64,000 nt of DNA from the IMG/VR virus record IMGVR_UViG_3300021093_000054, positions 1 through 64,000 of that record. One strand, written 5' to 3'. Origin of the DNA: a virus. Under the pieces are notes generated by a model that ran no database searches, was not told the DNA's origin, and worked only from the letters and a program-made list of their open reading frames with translations. Made by a program: the position numbers and the translations under genes. Positions 9,903 through 19,864 of this stretch are shown here, one piece after another. Position 1 is the first letter of the stretch, and the number at the start of each line of letters is the position of its first letter.

Positions 9903-10259
9903 TTAAACCCCAACAAAATCAATACAATCTAAATTGTATTTTTTTTTAACCCAATACTTAACAAAATCATATGTTTCCGAATAGTCTGTGTTTAACATAC
10001 TAAAAATTGGGTCGATTACTTTTTTTGAATTTAAAAATATTTGAAGGTTGGTTTGTTCAACTAGAAAAATTGTTGACTTATCGTCTTTATGGTTTAAAGA
10101 CTTATACTTTCCTTCTCTTGTTGTTTTTATCTCCAAATTACCATAATGTAATTCAAGGAATTTTTCAATACGATTTTTTTCTTTATCTGTCATTTTTATC
10201 AAAAAATGATTCGAATGGATGTTCGCCCATTCTTTTTTTATGTTTAAATTTATAACCAA
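9903..10259 (-). CDS. Hypothetical protein
   Basis: ORF track; real start probably MTDKEK. Confidence 0.55.
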   Translation of the reverse strand: MVINLNIKKEWANIHSNHFLIKMTDKEKNRIEKFLELHYGNLEIKTTREGKYKSLNHKDDKSTIFLVEQTNLQIFLNSKKVIDPIFSMLNTDYSETYDFVKYWVKKKYNLDCIDFVGV

Positions 10260-10321
10260 TAAATAATACTGTAAAAATTATTAACAAAATCATAGTTTAA
10301 ATATATAAAATTATTTTAAAT

Positions 10322-10354
10322 AAAAAAACCCCAACTTAGTAGTATTGGGGTTTT
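10322..10354 (-). terminator. Intrinsic terminator after the fibre gene
   Basis: AAAACCCCAA/TTGGGGTTTT stem followed by a U-run. Confidence 0.7.
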
Positions 10355-10373
10355 AATTTTTATTATTTTTTAA

Positions 10374-12581
10374 TTAAGGTACAATAAATAAACCATTTGT
10401 CGCCGGATCTCTCCATACAGCACCTGTTGGTAATCCTGATGCACTTGTTGGCACATTCATAATTGAAAGATTGTTTACAAATGTTGCGCATTGTCTATTT
10501 GTTGTTATATCAGAGCCGACTATAAATGAAAGACAATCATTAACAGAATTGTTTTTACCACCTAAAATACCAGATTTTGATTTTGTAATTTTATTACATT
10601 CACCACCTGAAATAACTGAATGCTGGGCGTAAACAGTGTTTTGGAAACCGTTACCAATTAAATTAAATCCACCATTTAAAGCTGTATTACAATAACCACC
10701 AACAATAACATCAGAACCATTTGTAGTATTATATATACCTGCACCAATAAACGCAAAGGAACCACCTTGATTAGTAGTATTATATATACCACCACCAATA
10801 ATACCATTGTCGGACCTATTTAAATTACTTGAACCCCCTACTATTGCCGCACCACAACCAATTGCTGTGTTTGAGCACCCACCAATAACAGAAGCATGAG
10901 GTCCACTAAGATAGTTAAGTTCTCCACCTAATATTGTTCCAAACCCACCAAGTTCAACATAATTGTTTTTTCCACCAACTACACTTGAAAACGAGCTATA
11001 TACTTTATTAAGGTTACCCCCAACTAATGATGAACACTGTCCTTCTACCGTATTTTTTTCACCACCTAAAATTACATTTGAACCACCGTATGGTGAAATA
11101 GTGTTACAAAAACCACCACCAACTACAGAACATTGTGCTGCTGAAATATTTCTTTCACCACCAACAACTGTTGATGACCAAAGATAACTTAAAAGACAAC
11201 TACCTGCGGTATTATATATACCACCTAGAACACTAGATCTCATACTTAATACTGTGTTATATTCACCAGCACCAATAAATCCATATTTACCAGAAGAAGT
11301 ATTATATTTACCACCAGCTATTGTTGCATAGTTACAACTTGATGTGTTATACCTACCACCACCCATAACACTATAAACCCCAGACGCAAAACTATTATTA
11401 CCAGTTCTTAAAACAGAACAAGTTCCAGAGCCAGCAACCATTACACCAGAACCACCACCAGTGCTAAATCCAGATGCTGTAACTGTAGATCCGTCTGTGT
11501 TTGATAAAGTTAATACACCTGTTCCATTATTATAAGATGCTCCAGTCAAGTAGATATCAGTAAATCCAGTTAAGAATCCAGAGACATTAAATGTATTTCC
11601 AGAGTTTGTTGTAAATGTTGCAACACCGGTATTAGAATCATACGTACCACCAGTTACAGTCATATCAGATGATAAAATACCAAGGTTTACAGTATAATCA
11701 TTTCCATCATTAACAGAAGCCGTTAAATCAAAAGTTCCAGGATTCCAAGTAAGTCCAGTTAAGAAATAATCTGTTCCACCTGTATATAATCCATTAATTG
11801 TTACAGAACCATCTTGTCTATCTAATGTTAATGTTCCATTAGAATATGTTCCACCAGTTACATAAAAATCATCTGTTAAAAACCCAGAAGTATTTAATGT
11901 ATTACCATTAGAATTTGTTAAAGTTAAAACACCAGTTCCATTATTATATGTTAAACCAGAAACAAATACATCTGTTGTTGTAACACCAGTCACAACAAAA
12001 CCAGAAGAATCTAAACCTAAATTAATCACAGCACTACCAGAACCAACATTTCTAATGTTAAGATTTGGAACATAAGCAGTATCTGGAGCTGAGGCTACAA
12101 TATTTGACCCAGCAAGAACTGATGAACAATTACCAGTAACTTTATTATTAAAACCTCCCAATACAGAACCATATGTACTAATTACTGTATTTGATTTACC
12201 ACCACCAACAGTTGAGTAATTACCTATAGAATCATTTGATTCTCCACCTAAAATTGATGAATATGTACCAAAAGCACTATGACAAAGTCCTCCACCAATT
12301 GTTGAGTAATCACCACTTGGGTTCATTCTGTTAAATCTACCACCACCTATAAAACCTCCATAAGAAAGTATTGTGTTTCCACCACCTCCGGCTACGGTTG
12401 AATATACGGTATTACCACTTATTGTGTTTTGGTATCCGCCACCAATTGTTGTGTATGTTTGTCTTGCATTATTTCCTCTACCACCAGAAACTGTTGCATA
12501 ATTAGCTGGAGCTGTATTACAATTTCCTTGTCTCACTGTTGAAGTTGAAAACCCAGGATTGTCAATGATTACATAAGCCAT
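10374..12581 (-). CDS. Tail fibre/adhesin-like structural protein with GGxxN beta-helical repeats
   Basis: Dozens of (S/T)x(I/V)xGGxxN repeats, central VTGGTY/GxLTL repeats, C-terminal PTSASGLPTGAVW. Confidence 0.75.
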   Translation of the reverse strand: MAYVIIDNPGFSTSTVRQGNCNTAPANYATVSGGRGNNARQTYTTIGGGYQNTISGNTVYSTVAGGGGNTILSYGGFIGGGRFNRMNPSGDYSTIGGGLCHSAFGTYSSILGGESNDSIGNYSTVGGGKSNTVISTYGSVLGGFNNKVTGNCSSVLAGSNIVASAPDTAYVPNLNIRNVGSGSAVINLGLDSSGFVVTGVTTTDVFVSGLTYNNGTGVLTLTNSNGNTLNTSGFLTDDFYVTGGTYSNGTLTLDRQDGSVTINGLYTGGTDYFLTGLTWNPGTFDLTASVNDGNDYTVNLGILSSDMTVTGGTYDSNTGVATFTTNSGNTFNVSGFLTGFTDIYLTGASYNNGTGVLTLSNTDGSTVTASGFSTGGGSGVMVAGSGTCSVLRTGNNSFASGVYSVMGGGRYNTSSCNYATIAGGKYNTSSGKYGFIGAGEYNTVLSMRSSVLGGIYNTAGSCLLSYLWSSTVVGGERNISAAQCSVVGGGFCNTISPYGGSNVILGGEKNTVEGQCSSLVGGNLNKVYSSFSSVVGGKNNYVELGGFGTILGGELNYLSGPHASVIGGCSNTAIGCGAAIVGGSSNLNRSDNGIIGGGIYNTTNQGGSFAFIGAGIYNTTNGSDVIVGGYCNTALNGGFNLIGNGFQNTVYAQHSVISGGECNKITKSKSGILGGKNNSVNDCLSFIVGSDITTNRQCATFVNNLSIMNVPTSASGLPTGAVWRDPATNGLFIVP

Positions 12582-12645
12582 TTTTAATTGTTTTTTTTTT
12601 ATTTATTATTTACTTTTATATAAATACATTAAAACAAATTAAAAA

Positions 12646-12683
12646 CAAAAAAACCCCAAAACTTTTTTAGAGTCTTAGGGTTA
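12646..12683 (-). terminator. Intrinsic terminator closing the putative repeat RNA
   Basis: AACCCUAAGACU/AGUUUUGGGGUU 12-bp stem (2 G-U pairs) plus U-tract. Confidence 0.7.
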
Positions 12684-12684
12684 A

Positions 12685-12841
12685 GAGTAAATTAGATGTT
12701 GTGTGATTCGAGAATTTGAGTTTTAAGTTTTGACTTACTTAAATGTTGAACGCTTGATTTTTAACTTTTGAATGCGGTATCAAATCTAACCATCGATTCT
12801 TGCAAGTTGTAGATTGAAAATCACAAACATTCTAATTACTC
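12685..12841 (-). ncRNA. Putative structured RNA with ~7-nt periodic UYAA repeats inside a long closing stem
   Basis: GAGUAAUUAGAAUGUUUGUGAUU (12841-12819) pairs with AAUCACACAACAUCUAAUUUACUC (12708-12685); eight UYAA units inside. Confidence 0.55.
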
Positions 12842-13300
12842 AGCTATTTGGTCTTCGTAAGGTTCCAAATATGTTACCGAATTATGATAATCCAGTTCGT
12901 CTTGTAATTGTTCAATTCTCGATTCCAAGAATTTAACTTCATTATCCCTTTCTACGGCAGTAATTTCACTTACTTTTACTGTTTGAGTTTCATTTCTTCT
13001 TGAATAATAATCCTCTGAAACACCATTTGTACAATCTAATGCTTTTAAATTTTTAACAACTGATTTTAATTCAGACATTAAAAAGATTTTATCATAAAAA
13101 ATAGTGTTTGCTTGATGAATTTGTGTTTTAAGTGCTGTCAACTCATCAACTTTTGTGTAAATTGTCGCAAGAGTTTCTTTTGTTGAATAATCTCTTTGAT
13201 TTCCTTCGATTACTGAATTGTTCTTATGTAATCTAACCATTAGTTCATTTACTTCGTGAACTAACTTGTTTTTTAATTTTAATGCTTGTTTTACTGTCAT
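12836..13300 (-). CDS. DIP1984/DUF6847-like coiled-coil protein
   Basis: MTVKQALKLK N-terminus, LKTQIHQAN, C-terminal LQDELDYHN; all-helical, 154 aa. Confidence 0.6.
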   Translation of the reverse strand: MTVKQALKLKNKLVHEVNELMVRLHKNNSVIEGNQRDYSTKETLATIYTKVDELTALKTQIHQANTIFYDKIFLMSELKSVVKNLKALDCTNGVSEDYYSRRNETQTVKVSEITAVERDNEVKFLESRIEQLQDELDYHNSVTYLEPYEDQIAE

Positions 13301-13339
13301 AACTTATTTTTTTGTGTTAAAATTATATTATATATTTTT

Positions 13340-13660
13340 TTAATAGTCAACATCTTCTGTCAAACAAATTTCGGTTTTTGCTAAATCACTATAAACCCAA
13401 ATTTCATATCCTAAACCGCCAGTACCTTTAAACTTATATTCAAAATTACCATACATACCATAAACACCATAAATGTGTCCCATCCATTCGTTGAGTACTT
13501 TGCTTTCTTTTGAATGAATTGTAAAAGTCATTGGTTTAAATCCATCGTCACCTAAATCTTGTTTTGCTTCTTGTATTGGTTTTGGGTTATTTCTTACCTT
13601 TTCACCCTTATCAATAATTCGTTCTCGCATTTTGTTTAATCTTTCAATTTCTCTTTCCAT
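13340..13660 (-). CDS. Hypothetical protein
   Basis: ORF track; Y.F..TGLG-like motif. Confidence 0.6.
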   Translation of the reverse strand: MEREIERLNKMRERIIDKGEKVRNNPKPIQEAKQDLGDDGFKPMTFTIHSKESKVLNEWMGHIYGVYGMYGNFEYKFKGTGGLGYEIWVYSDLAKTEICLTEDVDY

Positions 13661-13669
13661 TTCAAAATT

Positions 13670-14257
13670 TTAATTATTATTTTTTATGATTTCAGTAACC
13701 TTTAATGACCAAGGATCAAAAAAGGTATCTGTGTTACATATTTCAATTGTGTTTGTAAGAGCATTAAAATAAATGTCTCCATTTTTAATTGGTTCCATTA
13801 ATTTTTTAAGATATCTTTTACCTTCGTATTCAACATACAATCTTTCGTCCCTATGTTCATCACATAATGTATAAATCCAACCATTGATTGTATGTTGTTC
13901 TCCAGGTTCTCCACAAACTTCACAAACCTGGAATGTTTCTTTTTCTGCTTCAATAACAAAGTGAAATCCGTTTTTAGGTAGATTATCCAAAAATATACTC
14001 ATACCTCCAAACTTTTCTTTTACATTAACAAAACTTTTATCCCAACCAAGTGCAATTAACGTTTCAAATAATCTTTGGACAATACCCAACCAACCGTTAC
14101 CAATATTAAATTCATTTCTTTTAAGTATTGGTCCTTTATCAATTCTATATGATCTTTGTAGTCCTCCAATTTTTTCAAGAAAACTTTCAAACTCTTTGTC
14201 TGTTCTATGATTATTGTTCATTCTTATTCCCATTCTTTTTTCTTTCTTGTCTAACAA
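13670..14257 (-). CDS. Conserved phage protein with Zn ribbon
   Basis: VKEKFGG, CEVCG...LCDEH. Confidence 0.7.
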   Translation of the reverse strand: MLDKKEKRMGIRMNNNHRTDKEFESFLEKIGGLQRSYRIDKGPILKRNEFNIGNGWLGIVQRLFETLIALGWDKSFVNVKEKFGGMSIFLDNLPKNGFHFVIEAEKETFQVCEVCGEPGEQHTINGWIYTLCDEHRDERLYVEYEGKRYLKKLMEPIKNGDIYFNALTNTIEICNTDTFFDPWSLKVTEIIKNNN

Positions 14258-14648
14258 TAGTTAATGTATTTGATAGTGTCCAGTAAGATTCCCAGAACCC
14301 ACCTCTATCATCAAGGAAGATGTTTGCATATAACTTTCCATTAATACCATAAGGTCTATCCCATTCTGGGTGCATTTCATTTATTCCGTGGACTTCAATA
14401 CCTAAAGTTTCAACTTGTTCTTTTGCATTTTGTAATTGGTCCTTACTTCTTGCTGTGTTTATCAAAAAGTATATTCCTTGTTCTTGACATTCCAAAATCA
14501 AATCAACCATTTTTTTACAGTTTTCTTTGATTTCTTCATTATAAGGAATGATTGTATCGTCAAGGTCACAGGCAATTATTATCTTACCGTTTTTCAACCA
14601 TTCCTTAGCTAATCTGTTTGTATAAAAATTTGCGTGATGTCTAATCAT
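14211..14648 (-). CDS. HAD-family hydrolase
   Basis: IIACDLDDTI, TAR, K.YANIFLDDR. Confidence 0.8.
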   Translation of the reverse strand: MIRHHANFYTNRLAKEWLKNGKIIIACDLDDTIIPYNEEIKENCKKMVDLILECQEQGIYFLINTARSKDQLQNAKEQVETLGIEVHGINEMHPEWDRPYGINGKLYANIFLDDRGGFWESYWTLSNTLTIVRQERKKNGNKNEQ

Positions 14649-14654
14649 AATTTA

Positions 14655-15701
14655 TTAATTCCCAAATCCTACTTTACCTAAACCTTTAATTGTTGGTGTT
14701 TTTTTCAATCCTTCAAGGTTATCTATTGTTTCTTCAAAAGTTCTACCCATAACAATAACTGAAATTACAACTTCTTTTAAATGTGACAAAGACATTCCTT
14801 CAGTTTTTTTAATCCATTCTTCAATATCAATACCTTTTAAATCTTCTTCGCTTAATTTGTGTTGGATGTATGCTCTTCTGATGTCTCCATTCGGAAGTTC
14901 CACCTTATATCTTCTATCAAAACGAGATGGTCTATTGGTAATCCTTTCCTGTAATTTTTCTGGGTAGTTTGTTGTTGCAATATAAACAACACCTTCAATT
15001 TGTTTTACACCATCAAGGATATTTAATAATCTTGCAGTTTGATGTCTACCTTCACCCGCAAGTGAATCAATGTCTTCTAATAGAACAATAAGTGGTCTAT
15101 TAGGTTCAATTTTTCTAAATGTTCCAATAAATGATGTAAACATTTCAACATCTTCTTCATTTTTGATATTAATTACAATACCGTCTTTTTCAATAATTTG
15201 TTGTGATATTAGTTGGATTATCCCTGATTTACCACATCCAGGTTCACCATACATCAAAATACCTCTTTTGTGGATATAGTTATATTTTTTATAGTTGTCG
15301 GCTCTATTCCAAAAATTATCAATGTCTTTTAAAATGTCAGTAATTTCATATGACGGTAAACGGTACAATTCGTCAGTTTTGAATGGTTGTTTTTTTACGG
15401 TATATGTTGATAGGCTACTATTCCAACCTATTTCATATACACCCGCGGGAACTTTTGGTACTGTTGGGTATGCTGGTGCATATTCATTATTTTTTAAACT
15501 ACTCCAACAAGAAGGAACATCTTTGTCAACTGTTTGTTCCTCTTCCTTATCTATCACTCTACCAACAACAGGTTCATCCATTCTTTCATCATCAGTATAT
15601 TCTACAGTTTCTTCAATATATTCTTCACTCATTTTATTTCTTTTTAGAATTTCTTTTAATTCTCTTTTCCAGTTTCGTTCCATTGTTCTATTTTTTCCCA
15701 A
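14655..15701 (-). CDS. AAA+ ATPase
   Basis: GILMYGEPGCGKS, LLEDID, TTNYPE, NRPSRFD; start uncertain. Confidence 0.9.
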   Translation of the reverse strand: MGKNRTMERNWKRELKEILKRNKMSEEYIEETVEYTDDERMDEPVVGRVIDKEEEQTVDKDVPSCWSSLKNNEYAPAYPTVPKVPAGVYEIGWNSSLSTYTVKKQPFKTDELYRLPSYEITDILKDIDNFWNRADNYKKYNYIHKRGILMYGEPGCGKSGIIQLISQQIIEKDGIVINIKNEEDVEMFTSFIGTFRKIEPNRPLIVLLEDIDSLAGEGRHQTARLLNILDGVKQIEGVVYIATTNYPEKLQERITNRPSRFDRRYKVELPNGDIRRAYIQHKLSEEDLKGIDIEEWIKKTEGMSLSHLKEVVISVIVMGRTFEETIDNLEGLKKTPTIKGLGKVGFGN

Positions 15702-15856
15702 TCTTCTTTTCTTGTGGCCACTGTAATCCCATCAATATTAAAGAATACTTCATCTGTAAAAATCCTTGGATTACTTATTTTGTTTGGGTCTACATTTATT
15801 TTATCGTAGTAGGTTCCTTCATTCGCAAACCTAACATAGATTTCAACCTTGTTCAT
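15656..15856 (-). CDS. Hypothetical protein
   Basis: ORF track. Confidence 0.55.
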   Translation of the reverse strand: MNKVEIYVRFANEGTYYDKINVDPNKISNPRIFTDEVFFNIDGITVATRKEDWEKIEQWNETGKEN

Positions 15857-16958
15857 TTTCCTGTTGAATTAAGTGTTCTACAATTTGTTTTTCTAATTCT
15901 TCTTTACGGATTTCTAGTCGTAGTTTTAAATCTTCCAAATATTCTTCAGTATTTTCGTCCATAACTGGAACTTCGTCTTTTCCGTGCGGTTCAAGAACAG
16001 GCATTGGTATAATACGACCACGTCTTCTCAAACGTTGAGCCGGTGCCAATCTTGGTAATTCATCACTAACCGTAATTTTTTCTTCAGCTAGTTGTGAATC
16101 TTCTGGTAATGGTCCGTTGTGTCTTCTCATTTCATTTTTTTCATCTTCGGAAAATAATCTATAATTTGGAATTGTAGTTGGTGATTTTGAATCACATTCC
16201 ATTAGAATTATTTGCAGGATGTTCATTGGAAGACCGGTTTGTATTGTATCAATTTGTTTATCTTCCTGGTTATATGTTTTAAAAGCATAATCTTCGTGAT
16301 TATTTTCAAGTTCATATTGGTTCGGAAAATATTTATAAAATGCAAACTTTTTATTTTGTTTTTTATCAATAAGATAGATTAAAATTCCTTTTGAATGGTT
16401 ATAAAAATATGCAGAATCATTAACCATTGCAGTACACCATTTTGTTTGATAACCGTATGAACAAGATGCAGCATAAGTTAGTGGTTTAAAAATCATATAA
16501 TTATCGTCTTCAAAAATCTTATGAATTTCTTTTTTTGATTTTTTAAACATTTCACGATTCTTTGCCTCAAATAGCTGTTCTTCCAACATATCCCAGGAAT
16601 CATATTTACTAATATCTTTTTCAATGATAACACCTTTTTCCATTAGTTCTGTGAACTCAATAAATCTTTGCATTTTATTCCAAGAAAATATAAAGTCACA
16701 AAAAAAATTTCTTGACAACATATTTTCGAAAGAATCCATTGGTACTGTTTTTTCAATTGGGCTTTGGTGAATTGAGTCTGATTTTATTGGTCGAAAACTA
16801 TCTTGTTCTGATTGCCAATATTCAATTCTTTCATTCAACATTTTAACCAAAAACTGTGAATATTTTTTGGTGTTTGTTGTGTCAAATTTTGCCAACATAT
16901 TGGCAATTGTTAGATTTAAAATCTCATTTTCTTTTTTTAATTTCTTAATTCCCATCAT
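15843..16958 (-). CDS. Hypothetical protein with AS..YG..TKWC domain (paralog 1)
   Basis: FKPLTYAASCSYGYQTKWCTA; similar to 22089-23045. Confidence 0.7.
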   Translation of the reverse strand: MMGIKKLKKENEILNLTIANMLAKFDTTNTKKYSQFLVKMLNERIEYWQSEQDSFRPIKSDSIHQSPIEKTVPMDSFENMLSRNFFCDFIFSWNKMQRFIEFTELMEKGVIIEKDISKYDSWDMLEEQLFEAKNREMFKKSKKEIHKIFEDDNYMIFKPLTYAASCSYGYQTKWCTAMVNDSAYFYNHSKGILIYLIDKKQNKKFAFYKYFPNQYELENNHEDYAFKTYNQEDKQIDTIQTGLPMNILQIILMECDSKSPTTIPNYRLFSEDEKNEMRRHNGPLPEDSQLAEEKITVSDELPRLAPAQRLRRRGRIIPMPVLEPHGKDEVPVMDENTEEYLEDLKLRLEIRKEELEKQIVEHLIQQENEQG

Positions 16959-17151
16959 CTTCTTTATTTTCTATTAAACAACTTGCTAACACATACAACT
17001 GAAATAGTACGAATATTACAATCATAAGAAAACTATTCCAGATTGTCCAATTTAAAGGATTAAATTCGTCTTGAAAAAAACATATTACTGCATACCAAAA
17101 AAATTCTTTTGCAAAAAATTCTTGTTTATTTAGTGTATACCGATTTTCCAT
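16945..17151 (-). CDS. Hypothetical membrane protein
   Basis: Hydrophobic segments. Confidence 0.55.
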   Translation of the reverse strand: MENRYTLNKQEFFAKEFFWYAVICFFQDEFNPLNWTIWNSFLMIVIFVLFQLYVLASCLIENKEDDGN

Positions 17152-17393
17152 TATCTTAAGACAAAAGGATGAATAATAACTGCAATTTTTTCTACCCTAC
17201 CTTCCTGTGGTATTACAGCTCTATCTTCTTTTACAACAATATCCATAAGTCCAGAATCTTCTTTTAATCTATCGGCCTGGATTTTAACTTCTTTTTTTGC
17301 GTCTTCTTCGTTTTTGAAAAAACCGAAATACGAATCACAGTTTCCGGTTTTATCACAAACACCAAAAATGATGTTTCTTGCTGGTTTTATCAT
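17151..17393 (-). CDS. Hypothetical protein
   Basis: ORF track. Confidence 0.6.
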   Translation of the reverse strand: MIKPARNIIFGVCDKTGNCDSYFGFFKNEEDAKKEVKIQADRLKEDSGLMDIVVKEDRAVIPQEGRVEKIAVIIHPFVLR

Positions 17394-17432
17394 AATTTAA
17401 TTTTTTATAAAGTTAAAAAAAAGGTGATTCTA

Positions 17433-18563
17433 TCAATGGGAATCACCAACATTATTTTTTTCTCCATATATCAAATAGTCAGGGTTTATAACCTTTGATA
17501 CTTTTCTACGGTCACCACTTTCGTGTTTTACTACAACACCTTCGTGTGGTACTTTGGTACCTTTTATATTGTTATTGAAAACAAAACTATCTTGTTTTTT
17601 TTTATTCCACCGACCCCAATGTAAAAGTTCAACCTGTGGTAAATCTAAGACATCAAAGTGAGCAGCTTCTGCTGGATAACGTTCATATTTACCATCAACC
17701 TCAACGTCAAAACCTGCAAATTTTATATCAGTTAAACCATAGTCGTAGTTTTTTTGTATTCCTACGCCATATATTTCACCATACACTATAAAACCACTTT
17801 CAAGGTATTCGTAAGTATCTTTAACGTGAGTCCATAGTTTTTTACGTATATCATATTTTTTTGCAACATCGTCCCAAACATCAGAAGAGAAAAACCCTTG
17901 TGAGTCAGAACCTTTTTCAACATTATGAGAACCATAAACATATTCAAAACCAGCCCATCTATCACCAAAGAAAGATGTAACTCGATCCCATAAAGATAAT
18001 TTTTTCTTTCTAACTATACCGTAACGAGCATTGGTCCCATGTAACTTACGAGTTATAACAACCAAATCTTCTTCAGTAAACATATCGGGTACGTTCTTTT
18101 GATTTGGAAACTTGTAATATATGTGGAAGTTTGGATTTTGATGATACTTCATTTTACGTTCACCTGAAACCAAAGTTATAACTTTTACTGGTGGTTCGTA
18201 TTTAGTTATATCTAATACACCCATCATGTCTTGACCTTCAACAAACCCGTCTACTGACATTTTTGATTTGAAAACTTGACCTAATGACATTATTAAACAT
18301 TCAGAGTAAACTCCACGAAGTTTTACAGTTCTAACTCTTCGACCATTACGGAGGTAATTAGTAACACCTAATTCATCAGATAATTTTTGTGGTATTACAG
18401 CATCAGTAGTTGCAACAACAACAAGATCATCAACCTTATATTCTCCTTTTTTGGTTATGGCATTCCAACCACCAACAGTTACTAATTCTATATTGTCGGC
18501 ACCTAGTATTTCAGATACTGAACCTATTACTCCAACATATGCTACACTATTCTGATTTTCCAT
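17433..18563 (-). CDS. RNA ligase, DRB0094/Rnl2-like family
   Basis: N-terminal OB-like ADNIEL..VGGW...KLRGVYSECL; motif I KLHGTN, YGEIYG, FDV, EGVVVK, K.I. Confidence 0.88.
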   Translation of the reverse strand: MENQNSVAYVGVIGSVSEILGADNIELVTVGGWNAITKKGEYKVDDLVVVATTDAVIPQKLSDELGVTNYLRNGRRVRTVKLRGVYSECLIMSLGQVFKSKMSVDGFVEGQDMMGVLDITKYEPPVKVITLVSGERKMKYHQNPNFHIYYKFPNQKNVPDMFTEEDLVVITRKLHGTNARYGIVRKKKLSLWDRVTSFFGDRWAGFEYVYGSHNVEKGSDSQGFFSSDVWDDVAKKYDIRKKLWTHVKDTYEYLESGFIVYGEIYGVGIQKNYDYGLTDIKFAGFDVEVDGKYERYPAEAAHFDVLDLPQVELLHWGRWNKKKQDSFVFNNNIKGTKVPHEGVVVKHESGDRRKVSKVINPDYLIYGEKNNVGDSH

Positions 18564-18567
18564 ACAA

Positions 18568-18575
18568 CAAATATA
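18568..18575 (-). promoter_or_regulatory. TAnnTTTG promoter (leaderless RNA ligase mRNA)
   Basis: TATATTTG-TTGT-ATG. Confidence 0.7.
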
Positions 18576-18620
18576 ATTATAATATATTTAATAAACAATA
18601 TTTCCTAATATTTATTACAT

Positions 18621-19028
18621 ATGAACCTACAAGAAAACATACAGAGAATTAAACAAATGATGGGACTTCTTAAAGAAGGACTGCACGACACATCTTGGCA
18701 AAATGAAGAGGGTGATAAAATAACTCTTATGGATTTATTAGATGCGACGCAAGACATACCTGTGGAAGAATATTCGGTAGAAGAATTAAAACCACACCTA
18801 TTGACTTGGGATGGTGATGAAGATGAAATTAAAAAAATAGAAAAGTCAGATTTAAAATACCCAATATTAATATTTGTTAATGATGATGGTGAATTTATTA
18901 GTATTATTGATGGGCACCACAGAGGACAAAAGGCGGTAAGGAAAGGATTAGAGACAATTAAGGCTAAAGTAATACCAATTAATTATTTACCTAAAAAAAT
19001 AAGAAAAGTTTTTTCACATCTAAATTAA
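18621..19028 (+). CDS. ParB/Srx-like protein with N-terminal MNLQENIQRIKQMMGLLKE leader
   Basis: YPIL...IIDGHHR..KA; preceded by TATTTAT. Confidence 0.75.
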   Translation: MNLQENIQRIKQMMGLLKEGLHDTSWQNEEGDKITLMDLLDATQDIPVEEYSVEELKPHLLTWDGDEDEIKKIEKSDLKYPILIFVNDDGEFISIIDGHHRGQKAVRKGLETIKAKVIPINYLPKKIRKVFSHLN

Positions 19029-19060
19029 TCTGAACCCACAAGAAAACATACAGAGAATTA
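18622..19060 (+). repeat. 30-bp direct repeat (29/30 identical) bracketing the ParB-like gene
   Basis: tgaacctacaagaaaacatacagagaatta (18622-18651) and tgaacccacaagaaaacatacagagaatta (19031-19060). Confidence 0.9.
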
Positions 19061-19570
19061 TTCTTCAGAATATTCTTTCTTCATAGATCTTGGTTCAACA
19101 AAATCCCACTTTGTGTTTTCAAATTCTGTAACCCATTCACTAACATCTTCTCTTGTCCATATTGGACCAAAAGACGGTCTGTATTGAAATGGTAGACTAT
19201 CCCTATTTTCCCACTCATCAAGTCGTTGTGTTACATCTTCAATAAAATTTTTATTCTTAATGTATTTAATCCACTCTCTGTAATCATATTCAGATTTAAT
19301 ATACATAACATCACCGTAGTTATAAAACTCCATTTCAGGAAATTCTAAATTTGGGTTATTGGTATAAACATCAACAATACCGTTGTCTCCGTTGTATTCA
19401 CCACAAAGTTCTTTTAATGAATATAAACTGGATGGTTTTTCTTCCCAAACACTACCGAACTGACGTACAGAACAAATGTAGATATATCCATCTTTATATG
19501 AATGAATAAATCCTTCAATTTTATTTCTCAAAGAAATAAGTTCGTCCATTGTTAGTTTTGATAAGTCCAT
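19058..19570 (-). CDS. Hypothetical protein
   Basis: ORF track. Confidence 0.65.
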   Translation of the reverse strand: MDLSKLTMDELISLRNKIEGFIHSYKDGYIYICSVRQFGSVWEEKPSSLYSLKELCGEYNGDNGIVDVYTNNPNLEFPEMEFYNYGDVMYIKSEYDYREWIKYIKNKNFIEDVTQRLDEWENRDSLPFQYRPSFGPIWTREDVSEWVTEFENTKWDFVEPRSMKKEYSEE

Positions 19571-19606
19571 ATTATATTCAATTATTGATTTGTTTTAATT
19601 TTTCTT

Positions 19607-19864
19607 TCAATTAAATTTTACAAATTGTTTGAGTTTATCGTGTAATTTATAAGAATTTTGGTAGTAGTTACCCTTTTTGGTTCTTTTGAGTTCCTTATCG
19701 TGGTATCCAGAATTATATGCAATGTTTACCATATCTTCTTCATCTTTTTCCATATTTTTAATATGTTTTTGGATTTCAGATAATACATCTTTGATTTCAT
19801 CATTTGATGTATTATTCTTTTTTTGTTCTAACCATATATTGAGATTTTGACGATATGTTTTCAT
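19607..19864 (-). CDS. Hypothetical protein
   Basis: ORF track. Confidence 0.6.
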   Translation of the reverse strand: MKTYRQNLNIWLEQKKNNTSNDEIKDVLSEIQKHIKNMEKDEEDMVNIAYNSGYHDKELKRTKKGNYYQNSYKLHDKLKQFVKFN

